IMG/VR virus record: IMGVR_UViG_3300032251_000001 | Coordinates: 1-64,000 of that record | DNA: 64,000 nucleotides | Origin: a virus | Reading direction: 5' to 3' (one strand) | Part shown: piece after piece, positions 8,925-18,300 of the stretch | Numbering within the stretch: position 1 is the first letter of the stretch | Layout of the letters: every line of letters starts with the position of its first letter | Made by a program: the position numbers and the translations under genes | Notes under the pieces: model-generated | Told to the model about the DNA's origin: nothing | The model's input: the letters and a program-made list of their open reading frames with translations, nothing else | Database searches by the model: none

Positions 8925-11900
8925 TTACTCATCTAATATACTACCAACTTCATTTTTTAACTCTATAAGTACTTTATTAAGCCATAACTGATTGAAAACA
9001 TCAGTTGTCATTCTACTGACAATTGAAAGTGGGGATACAACTGCATCTATCTTTTCCTCTTCACGATATGATGAATATGGTTCTTCACCTTCATCAGTAA
9101 CCGTTGCAATAATAGATTTAAGTGCAGTATTGAATGCAATCTTGTCTCCTACAAATAAATGGTCTTCATATCTGACGTAGAGTTCAATCATAATACCATC
9201 AACATCTTCTCCACCAATCTTGTCATTGTTAACTTGCTGAGAAGGTGGGAATATAAATGAATTTTTCTCATAATGTTCACCATAAGTATCTTTAACAATC
9301 TTCTTCTTAGAATTAATAGAAGAGTTGTAACTTTTGATTAACTTTTGAACTGATGGCTGGAAATCTTCCAAAGGTCGGTTATAGTATATTTTAATATCTA
9401 CAACTTCACCAGTATATTTAGTAGTAACCATATTCTTACTCATCTCTTCAATTACTTCACTGAACTCATCACCTAATTGGTCTAGTAACTTGTTAGCATC
9501 AGCTTCATCAAATGAGTGTTCAAATATAATAAGTTTATCTCCAGTTTTAACTTTAGTTCCCTTTTTAACAAGGAAATCAATGTTAGTATTAACACCAAGG
9601 TTAACTGGTTTTTTCATTGTAATTAAACTAGCCATATTCTTTGATAATTTTGGTGTTGATAAACAACTATCTTCATAGGTATAATCGCCAGAAGCAATAG
9701 CTACTTTAGATAAATGACCTGTTACATAAGTTGTATCATCTTTACCACCGTGGAAATATTGAGGATTCTTGGCAATAATATTACCCTTCTTAAATGAAGC
9801 ACCCTCTTTAACAGATGGTTCTTTTTTGTTAGTAATCCAGAAACCACCATTACTGTTCTTAGCTTGAACAGGTGATAAGTCAACTGTATCCATAGTTCCA
9901 TCTTTATATCTTATAATCATTAATTCATTCTTTTCATCAACCTTCTCTACCTTACCATCTTGAGTCGCTTTGAATACAAAGTCATTACCAAGAATATGTG
10001 GAAGAGTTTTTTCCATACCACTACCAAATAAAGGTTTATGTTGAACTTCAGTTGGGATGATGTGTTTAGATTGTGTAACTTGCATACCAACTCTAGGAGG
10101 GTCTGCATGTGTAGAAGTAAATGAACTTAGTAACTCAGCAGGTGTTAACATATCACCAGCTTTTAAATCTTTAACAGTAACATCAGTATCAATGATACCT
10201 CTATTGTTGATAATTTTAGGATTATATGTCATCTGTCTAACCATACCAACCTTTGCAGAATCGGGAGTATTTAGACCTAAGAATCCTAACATTGTTTTAT
10301 CATATGAACGCATCTGTGTTGTAAATGCATCATCTAAGTTAGTACCAGATAAACCTTTATAAGTACAGTTACCAATCTTCTCAGCTTCAGCAATAGGATT
10401 AAGAATACTGTATTCATCAACTAGAGGACTCTCAATAAGTTCTCTAATTAATCTATCTTGTGGAACAGTTACTTTAATAGGATGACCAGCTTTAGAAGTA
10501 TCTTTATAAACCTTATATTGGTTAGCTAAGATATTGTATATTCTAGCATTAATGATTTCATTACTACGAATTCTGTAGTTCTTCATATCATTCAATTCTC
10601 TGTATCCTGTATTTTCTAACAAAGTATTTCCATAAAGTAATAAATCAACTATGTTAGTTGGTAAATCTAATTCGGATAGAATGTCTTTAGTAATAGGGTC
10701 TATTATTAAAGTTAAGAAGTTTTTAAGACCTTTAGTCATATTAGCAGAACCATACATTTCTGAAAACAGTCTTGTATAAGTTTCATCTTTACTAAACTCC
10801 TCAAAAGTATATTCTTTAGTGTTAGCTTCAACTAATCCATTTAATAATAATGGATATCTTAAAGGGTTAATAGGATAGTATAAGTAACCATCTTTAAATG
10901 TAACCACATTCCATTCAGCCTTCTCTTTAGGAGTTAATCTTCTTCTTTTTTTATTAAACTCATAAGGTACTTCATATCTTACAAGTGTTTCTTCTAAACC
11001 ATTATAAAGACCTAATAATAAAATAAGTGGAACTTTCTTACCAAGTATAGATGCTCTTGAATAAACAAAACGTTTACCTGTAGAATTCTCCATAACTTTA
11101 GCATAGTAATCTTTTCCAGATACTTCACTCATTAATTCAATTAAACATTCAGTGATAGAGTTATACATAAATGTCTTTGTAACTTTAGTTCCCTTTTGTT
11201 CTTTAGAATAAACTTTATTGTCTTTCTTGTCGATAATAATTAATTTCTTACCAATGTATCCAACAACGAATTCATCTTCAGCAACAGCAGTTTCTATATC
11301 ATTAACTATACCTTTAGTTTCTACTTCATCAATTATATCTTGACGATTAAATCTGAAATAGTATTTACCTATGGTAAGTTTCATTAAGAATTTAGAGAAC
11401 TCATCATACTCAAGTGTACTTAGAAATGTCTTATTTACAAGACTATTATCACCTAGTACTGCCTTGATGTTAGTATCTTTAGGGTTTGCAATAATATGCT
11501 TTTTAAACTTCTCTACATTAGGGTCAAGCTTTTGACCGTAACGCATTAAGAACATCTTGTTGTAGTTAGTTGTAATCTGAACTGCATCAGTCTGTTTAGA
11601 AGTCGTTTTAACTATTGGCAATAAGAATAATTGTTTAGATATAGCTTTCTTACCACCGTTTAGGTACATAAATCTTTCGTCAATAAGTAGTGGAACATCT
11701 AACTTAAATGTATGTTTGACACCATTAGCATCTTCATAATTTACTGTCATTGTCTCCTTTTTATTAAACTCATCAGAAGTATCTTCTCTAGTAATTTTAG
11801 TGATGTACATTGGTAAATCTGGGTCATCATTGAAGGCTGAGATTACAGCTGCTAAGTCTTTTTCTTTCTGATTTTTATTATAACTTACATCAAAATCATT

Positions 11901-13082
11901 TAACTTAGAAACTTTAATTTCATCATGAATGGTATCTACAGGCATTTCTGTGATATCAATTGATTTAGCATCAAAGTCAGCAAGTAAATCATCTATCTTA
12001 GTTTCACCTAAAACAACTTTTGATTGCTTAAGTTCTAATCTATTAATAGCTTTATCTCTTGCTTTCTGTTTCTTAGCAGTAGCCTTTTCTTCTTCTATGT
12101 CTGCTAAGTAATTCATGAACTCTTCATTATTTTCTAATTCTTTTTCTAATTCTTTTTCATCCATACCATCTTTGTGTTTTTCATCCAATACATCATCAAT
12201 CTTGTCTTCAAGTTTCTGTATATCAGCTTTATCTTCACCAGTTATAGCATGAATCTTAGGGTCTAAATGTAATCCCTTTTTAATCTTATTCATTACACTT
12301 TTCTTAAGATTATCTTTCTTACCTTCTAAAGTTTCTTCTTCTACAACACTTGGGGTGTTTATTTCATTCTGATAAATCATTAATTCATCTGGTGATAAGT
12401 CACCGTTAGTTTCTAATTTATTTAGAATATTTAAGAAGTTTTTAAATCTTGGGAAGTTTACTGAACCTATATTACTCACTTTAAAGAACATATTTTGTTT
12501 AGGTGAGTGAAATATAAACTTTATTCCAGCAAAATCACTAGGTTGCATTAACTTATAATAAATCATATCATAAATTAATTTAGCAGGATTATTAGCTTTA
12601 GAACTTTCAAATCCATCATTAAGTTTAATGTATAATACTTTCTCACCATAAGTTACTTTACTAAGTAATTCAGCTAAAAATGCTTTATACATTCCAAGTC
12701 TTGCCTTTCCAGATGTTCTAACAAATTCAAAGAAAGCATCATTCTCAAACTTCATATCATAATAGAAGTTAAGATTATTTAATTGCTGAATCTTTGGTTT
12801 AGCTAGTGTAACACTTGAAATATCAGACTTGGCATTTTTAAGTATTTCCATTTGATTCTGTCTCTTATTTCTCTTTACTATACTTGAGTTAAATACCTTT
12901 GGAGTATAATAAGCTCTTATATATTGAGAAACAAATAAACTAGAATCTATAAACTCATTTATATCATTGTCATTTGATAAGTAGTAAATAACAGTATCTT
13001 TTCTTTTATTTTTACCGTTAGATATCAATTGCTTATCTTTATAGATATATAAATCTTTAAGTTTATCTAAAGTAGTTATCAT
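8925..13082 (-). CDS. rpoB: phage multisubunit RNA polymerase beta subunit (probably virion RNAP, phiKZ gp178-like)
   Basis: FMYLNGGKKAISKQL, NTPDSAKVGMVRQM, HADPPRVGMQVTQSKH, KPLFGSGME, YTYEDS, VGDKIAFNTALKSII, VSPLSIVSRM match RpoB regions; long N-terminal extension; late-type promoter. Confidence 0.93.
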   Translation of the reverse strand: MITTLDKLKDLYIYKDKQLISNGKNKRKDTVIYYLSNDNDINEFIDSSLFVSQYIRAYYTPKVFNSSIVKRNKRQNQMEILKNAKSDISSVTLAKPKIQQLNNLNFYYDMKFENDAFFEFVRTSGKARLGMYKAFLAELLSKVTYGEKVLYIKLNDGFESSKANNPAKLIYDMIYYKLMQPSDFAGIKFIFHSPKQNMFFKVSNIGSVNFPRFKNFLNILNKLETNGDLSPDELMIYQNEINTPSVVEEETLEGKKDNLKKSVMNKIKKGLHLDPKIHAITGEDKADIQKLEDKIDDVLDEKHKDGMDEKELEKELENNEEFMNYLADIEEEKATAKKQKARDKAINRLELKQSKVVLGETKIDDLLADFDAKSIDITEMPVDTIHDEIKVSKLNDFDVSYNKNQKEKDLAAVISAFNDDPDLPMYITKITREDTSDEFNKKETMTVNYEDANGVKHTFKLDVPLLIDERFMYLNGGKKAISKQLFLLPIVKTTSKQTDAVQITTNYNKMFLMRYGQKLDPNVEKFKKHIIANPKDTNIKAVLGDNSLVNKTFLSTLEYDEFSKFLMKLTIGKYYFRFNRQDIIDEVETKGIVNDIETAVAEDEFVVGYIGKKLIIIDKKDNKVYSKEQKGTKVTKTFMYNSITECLIELMSEVSGKDYYAKVMENSTGKRFVYSRASILGKKVPLILLLGLYNGLEETLVRYEVPYEFNKKRRRLTPKEKAEWNVVTFKDGYLYYPINPLRYPLLLNGLVEANTKEYTFEEFSKDETYTRLFSEMYGSANMTKGLKNFLTLIIDPITKDILSELDLPTNIVDLLLYGNTLLENTGYRELNDMKNYRIRSNEIINARIYNILANQYKVYKDTSKAGHPIKVTVPQDRLIRELIESPLVDEYSILNPIAEAEKIGNCTYKGLSGTNLDDAFTTQMRSYDKTMLGFLGLNTPDSAKVGMVRQMTYNPKIINNRGIIDTDVTVKDLKAGDMLTPAELLSSFTSTHADPPRVGMQVTQSKHIIPTEVQHKPLFGSGMEKTLPHILGNDFVFKATQDGKVEKVDEKNELMIIRYKDGTMDTVDLSPVQAKNSNGGFWITNKKEPSVKEGASFKKGNIIAKNPQYFHGGKDDTTYVTGHLSKVAIASGDYTYEDSCLSTPKLSKNMASLITMKKPVNLGVNTNIDFLVKKGTKVKTGDKLIIFEHSFDEADANKLLDQLGDEFSEVIEEMSKNMVTTKYTGEVVDIKIYYNRPLEDFQPSVQKLIKSYNSSINSKKKIVKDTYGEHYEKNSFIFPPSQQVNNDKIGGEDVDGIMIELYVRYEDHLFVGDKIAFNTALKSIIATVTDEGEEPYSSYREEEKIDAVVSPLSIVSRMTTDVFNQLWLNKVLIELKNEVGSILDE

Positions 13083-13108
13083 TGATATGCCTCCTTATAT
13101 TTATTAAT

Positions 13109-13120
13109 TAATTTATTGTT
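13109..13120 (-). promoter_or_regulatory. late-type promoter AACA-N6-TA
   Basis: minus strand AACA ATAAAT TA upstream of the beta gene. Confidence 0.65.
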
Positions 13121-13150
13121 GTAATAGAAAGATAAAATAAAATTTAAATA

Positions 13151-13166
13151 TATATTATTTTAGTGA
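13151..13166 (+). promoter_or_regulatory. early-type promoter TATATTAT-N5-TGA
   Basis: TATATTAT TTTAG TGA upstream of the 55-aa ORF. Confidence 0.7.
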
Positions 13167-13205
13167 AGTAAGCTATTTAATAATATTATATGAGGAGGTT
13201 TAACT

Positions 13206-13373
13206 ATGAAGAATTACGAAGAAAAGGTACATGAAACACATTCAATTGTAAATGATATTTTATCTGATTGTGAAAGAGGTAAATGTACATGGAAAGAAGG
13301 AGTTCAACAATTAGCAGCTGAGGCTGAAGGTTTAAATAACTTCTTAAATCAAGATGAAGATGAATGTAAGTAG
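13206..13373 (+). CDS. 55-aa hypothetical protein (not in ORF track)
   Basis: GAGGAGG RBS; MKNYEEKVHETHSIVNDILSDCERGKCTWKEGVQQLAAEAEGLNNFLNQDEDECK. Confidence 0.75.
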   Translation: MKNYEEKVHETHSIVNDILSDCERGKCTWKEGVQQLAAEAEGLNNFLNQDEDECK

Positions 13374-13401
13374 TAACAATATTTGATTGAAGTTTCAAGA
13401 A

Positions 13402-13673
13402 TATATTATTATTGTGACAAAAGTAATTAACATGTATTATTCGCTTTAGTTATAAATAAAAGATATATAGTTTTATTTGTAACTTTCAACTAGATACTAA
13501 TGTATTTCATTTCAAGTGATATCAATCTGTCAATGATTTTTAAACAAAAAAATTAAATTTCGTAACAGATATATAACTTTGAAGTGTTGTTTTTAAGCTG
13601 TTAAAAATGAACTTAAAAACAAACATATATCATAGTAGTGAAAAAGCTTGTTAATAATTTTTATATGTTCCAA
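13402..13673 (+). promoter_or_regulatory. stack of promoter-like motifs upstream of the histone/HU-like gene
   Basis: early-type 13402-13417 and 13626-13641 (TATATCAT variant); late-type 13564-13575 and 13618-13629; TTTTATATGTTCCAA at 13659-13673. Confidence 0.6.
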
Positions 13674-13741
13674 AATGTTGACAGTAATTTCACTGTTGAT
13701 AAAGCCAACCACAAATCTAATTAGAGAAAAGGAGAAACACA

Positions 13742-14518
13742 ATGGCAATTAAGAAGAAAGTAGCACCTAAAAAAGTAGCACCTAAGAAAGCTGCACCAGT
13801 AGAAGAAGTAGAAGTTGAAGAAGAAGAAGTTGAGGTAGAGGTAGAAGAAACAGAAGAAGAAGCTGAAGAAGAAGAAGTTGAAGAAGAAGCTGAAGAAGTA
13901 GTTGCTCCTAAGACAGTTAAGAAAGCTGCTCCTAAGAAAGCTGCACCTAAAAAAGCTGCTCCTAAGAAGTCTTCTAAGACTACTAAAGCTGCTCCTAAGA
14001 AGACTACTAAAGCTGCTAAAGCACCTGCTGCTCCTAAGAAGACTTCAAAGATTAACTTAAAGACTGCTGCTAAGACAGTAAGTGACAAGTTCAAGATTCC
14101 TTCAAGAAAATCTGCTGATGATAAAGCTCCTCGTTGTACTCAAGAAGCTTTCACTCAAGAATTCTTAAATAACTTAATGGCAACTGGTTTATTCGAGTCT
14201 GCTCCAACAAAAGTTATGGTAGAGAAGTTACAAGAAGCTTACGGTTTAACACTTGCTGAAGTTACTAACAACGCATCATTCTTTGACAAGTATGCTGATA
14301 TCTACTACAAGAATGTTTCAGTAGATACTCGTGTTTACAACCCACCAAAGTCTGACTTTGAAACTGTAGTTCAAAATCACTTTGAAGTTAAAGTTCAAAA
14401 AGTTATTGGTGACAAGTCTCTTATCACATTTGATGGTGCTATGGATGATGAATCTGGTATCTTTACAACTACTGACGGTGTTGAAATCGTTATTCATGAG
14501 TTTGAAGAAGAAGAATAA
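13742..14518 (+). CDS. histone H1-like (APKK repeats) plus acidic tract plus HU/IHF-like DNA-binding protein
   Basis: VAPKK/AAPKK repeats flanking a Glu-rich block; C-term RVYNPPKSDFETVV resembles the HU arm RKGRNPQTGEEIEI. Confidence 0.65.
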   Translation: MAIKKKVAPKKVAPKKAAPVEEVEVEEEEVEVEVEETEEEAEEEEVEEEAEEVVAPKTVKKAAPKKAAPKKAAPKKSSKTTKAAPKKTTKAAKAPAAPKKTSKINLKTAAKTVSDKFKIPSRKSADDKAPRCTQEAFTQEFLNNLMATGLFESAPTKVMVEKLQEAYGLTLAEVTNNASFFDKYADIYYKNVSVDTRVYNPPKSDFETVVQNHFEVKVQKVIGDKSLITFDGAMDDESGIFTTTDGVEIVIHEFEEEE

Positions 14519-14527
14519 AAAATATGA

Positions 14528-14559
14528 AAGCAATAGACTAATGTCTATTGCTTTTTTTT
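14528..14559 (+). terminator. intrinsic terminator
   Basis: AAGCAATAGAC-TAAT-GTCTATTGCTT plus T-run. Confidence 0.85.
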
Positions 14560-14584
14560 ATTTGCAAAAATAAGGAGGAATACT

Positions 14585-15211
14585 ATGGATATATTATTTA
14601 ATAATGTATTAACATTTGAGTTCAGGAAGTATGTACAGAGTAAATTCAAAATATTCATGAAGTATGAAAAGTTTGAGGATATCAATGTTGATTATATTGA
14701 CAATAAATTATTTGTAAAGCAGTTAGACAAGTATTTATTACATACTATTGAAGAGATTGAAGAAGCACATACGGAGTATAACCATACAGGATTATCAAGT
14801 GAGTTTGTAGAAGAACTTACAGATATACTTTCATATACAGGTACAACATTATCATTTATTACTGAAAATCTAATAGCTAACTTCTCTGGAGATTCAGTAA
14901 ATGAACACATGATTATTAAAAATACTCACTATAATAGTGATTATGTTGAAGGTTCTCTATTAGCTATTATGAGTAAAATTATTAGCTGTAGAAAAGTATT
15001 CCCAGAGAGAAAATGGCACAAACCAGCACCAATATGTACATCTGTAGAATTAGAAGGTAGACTTGAAGAGATTTCTATGCTCCTTGAGTCAGCTATGGAA
15101 ATAACATTATCTCTGTTAGTATCCACTAGTAACAGAGTTAATATAAATTATGAAAAGATTATTAATGAGAAACATCAATTAATAATTGATTTACCACTAG
15201 TTAAAGAATAA
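14585..15211 (+). CDS. all-alpha (MazG/dimeric dUTPase-like) dNTP pyrophosphatase
   Basis: IEEIEE and VEELTDIL acidic metal-binding motifs; ERKWHK resembles the KWWK motif of dimeric dUTPases/dCTPases. Confidence 0.55.
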   Translation: MDILFNNVLTFEFRKYVQSKFKIFMKYEKFEDINVDYIDNKLFVKQLDKYLLHTIEEIEEAHTEYNHTGLSSEFVEELTDILSYTGTTLSFITENLIANFSGDSVNEHMIIKNTHYNSDYVEGSLLAIMSKIISCRKVFPERKWHKPAPICTSVELEGRLEEISMLLESAMEITLSLLVSTSNRVNINYEKIINEKHQLIIDLPLVKE

Positions 15212-15213
15212 TG

Positions 15214-15253
15214 AATAAGGATGATTCTATATGAATTATCCTTATTTTTTTTT
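15214..15253 (+). terminator. intrinsic terminator
   Basis: AATAAGGATGATTC-TATAT-GAATTATCCTTATT plus T-run. Confidence 0.85.
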
Positions 15254-15290
15254 GTCATTATTATAAAAAATAGACACTTCTTGATTTGTA

Positions 15291-15302
15291 AACAAAAGAT
15301 TA
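15291..15302 (+). promoter_or_regulatory. late-type promoter AACA-N6-TA
   Basis: AACA AAAGAT TA upstream of the tape-measure gene. Confidence 0.7.
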
Positions 15303-15333
15303 ATGACTATAAAAAGAAAGAAGGTGAAAATAG

Positions 15334-18300
15334 ATGGGTTATATTAAGAACGTTGCTAAATCATTTAAATATGCTGCTCCTGCAGTCGTTAAGCAATTAG
15401 TTCCTCATGTAGCTTCCAATTACTCTCAGAATAAAGACTTATTTACTCAAACTGGTCGTATGTTAGTTGACCATAAAAAATTAGTAGATAGAGGTATGAA
15501 GTTCTGGGATAAAACTGGTGGTGAACTTGGTAGGAACGTTGCTTCCGATTTAAAAACTGGTAATCTTTATAATAAAGAACGTCAAGATAAAGTATTAGAT
15601 AAAATGCTTGGTCTTGATGGTGATGACGATATGGATTTCGGTGATATGGATGCTATGTTTAGTGACATGGACGATGGTGATGCAGACTTTGGTGAAGGTG
15701 ATGACCATTCAGAATCTAGTTCAGATTCTGGAAATGTTGAAGTTACTAATAATAAAAAGTATGTAGCAGATAATCGTAGAGTAGTAAACAAAGTAGCAAA
15801 TGTTAGCAACGTAAGAGTCCAACAAGGTGGAAATGAAGGAATTGAAATTAAAAAACTTGGTGGATTGAATATAATGCTTAATGATAGATTAATTGGTGGT
15901 ATGGAAACTATGTCTGGTCAAATGGCACAGATGTCTGAGTTTACAATGTCAGCCACTAATGATTTCTATAAGAAAAGTATGGAGTATTACACAACTTCTA
16001 CTGGTCTTCTCGGTGAAATATCTTCAAATATTGAGAGCGTAGGTTCACATTTAGAGAAACATGTTGAATTCTTTGGAATGAATAAATCTAAGTCAAGTAA
16101 GAAAGAATCTGACTTTGAGCGTGTTATAACGCCTGAAGGTGCTGTTGATATAGGGGAATATCTTAAAACTATTAAGAAAAACATGAATGGTGACGGAACA
16201 GGTGAAACTGTTAAACAGATGTTCCAAGCTTATGTTGCAAACCCTATTGGTGAAATCTTAACTGATGTTATATCAACTAGATTACCTGATGCTTTTAAAA
16301 AGGCTGCTACACAATTCAATGAAGTTGTTGCTGGTATACCAGCTGCATTTGTTTTAAAGATGAGTACTTGGGCAAATGATGATGCAAGTAATCCAATTAA
16401 GAAAATAATTGGAAAAGTCTTTGGAATGGGTACGAAATGGAAGACAAATAGTAAACTTGGTGATTATGAAAAAGGTTCTATAGCTTTTGATGGAGTAACT
16501 AAAAAAGCTATAACTCAAGTAATTCCTAATTTATTAAGTAAAATTCTTTCAGCTATTTCGGGTAAAGGTGAAATGGTCTTTGACTATGAATCTGGAAAGT
16601 TTAAAGATAAAAAAGAAACTCTTGCAAGAAGAGATAAGAGTATAGAAAATATGTATTCAATAAACTCTGAAGGTCAAGAGAAAGTACTAAAAGGTATAAT
16701 GAAAAAAGAAGGATGGGATGCTGAGAAAAATGTTGATGAAATAACTCAAGCAACTAAAGAACTTGATATCCTATTTAAAACTTATGCTAAACGTGGTCAA
16801 GATATTAAAAAAGACCTAACTCAATATGATGTAGGTACTAATGGTTTTGGTTCAGTAAGTGACATGGTATTAAATAGAACTAATCAACATTTACAAGATT
16901 CTATTGGTACAGATAGTGCTTATGGTTTTAATCTTTCTAGAGATATAGCAGATGCTAAATCATCAGCTACTAGATTTTTTAATAATGAAATGAAGGGTGT
17001 TGAAAATGGTTCAGCTCAAGCTAGATTAGATGGAGACCTTGATAAGTCTTCTGCAAGTTCTAGTGCAATGTTCTCAAATAAAAATTCAAGCTCTATACCT
17101 GAGTATTTACTAGAAACTATCTCATTACAAGAAAAAATGGTAGGACTTTTAAGTTTACTTGTAGATTGTTGCCCTGGTGGTGATGGTGGTGGAAGTGCTA
17201 AAGCTCAAGCAATTGTTGCTGGTAAGGCTGATTACAAATCTATTGTAGGGAAAATTAATACTAATAGAAAATCTCTTGAATCTGGAAGAGCTGAAGCTAT
17301 ACAACAACAAATCTTCTTAGAAGAGCAACAAAAAGATGAAGAAGAAAAGAAAAATCAATCTGATAGGGATAAAGCTGCTGGAACTGTTAAAGATAGAGTT
17401 AAAGGATGGAAAGATGCTATATTAAATCCTATATCTGATATCTTTGAAGGTGATGGAAGTATTAAGAATAAATTAGGTAAGATATTTAGTTTACCATTTA
17501 CCTATCTAGAAAAAGGTTTAAAATCTGCTTCTAAAACAATGGCTCAATTATTCTTTGGTAAAGATACTAAAAGTAAACTAGGTTTATTCTTAAAAGGACT
17601 TAAAGATAGTATCACTAATCCTTTCAAGAATTTCTTCTTTGGTAAGCGTAATAAAGATGGTGTACTCGAAGATGGTAAAGAAGGATTTATCAACAAAGCT
17701 GTACATTGGTTTGACAAGGATGTTAAACAACCTATTTCAAACTTCTTATTTGGAAAATCTTCTAAAGATAAGAATGGTAATCTTATTAAAGAAGGTGGTT
17801 TATTCAATAAAATTAAAACTAAGTTTGATGATAAAATATTAAACCCTGCAAAGGCATTTTTATTTGGCAGCACTAAAATTGATGAGAATGGTAAGAAGAT
17901 TAAAGATATTGGTCTTGTAAACAAGATGAAAGTAAAACTAAATCAAGCTACTTTCCACTTCAAGAAAATGCTTATTGGTAAAGATGCTGATGGCAATGAT
18001 GCTGCTAGAAAAGATATACATGAAACAAGTGTATTAGACTCATTAAAGATGAGACTTCAAAAGACTACTGATAAACTTGATACTTGGTTGTTCGGTGAAA
18101 AAGACAAAGATGGTAATAGAATTGCCGAAGGTCTAATTAATGAAGACTTTAAGAAGAAAATGATGGGTGCTGGTATTGGTTCTAAACTTGGTGAGTTAAT
18201 TATGCCTGGATATGGTAAGTACTTAGGTGCTGTCTTAGGTGTGGTTCATCAGACTGAAGTAGTTCAAGATTTCCTTTATAATAAAGAGAATGGTGTTGTT

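Noticed and set aside
815-13082. Introns or inteins in the RNAP subunit genes
   Set aside because: Both ORFs are continuous and of expected size, without intein C/S...HN or LAGLIDADG motifs
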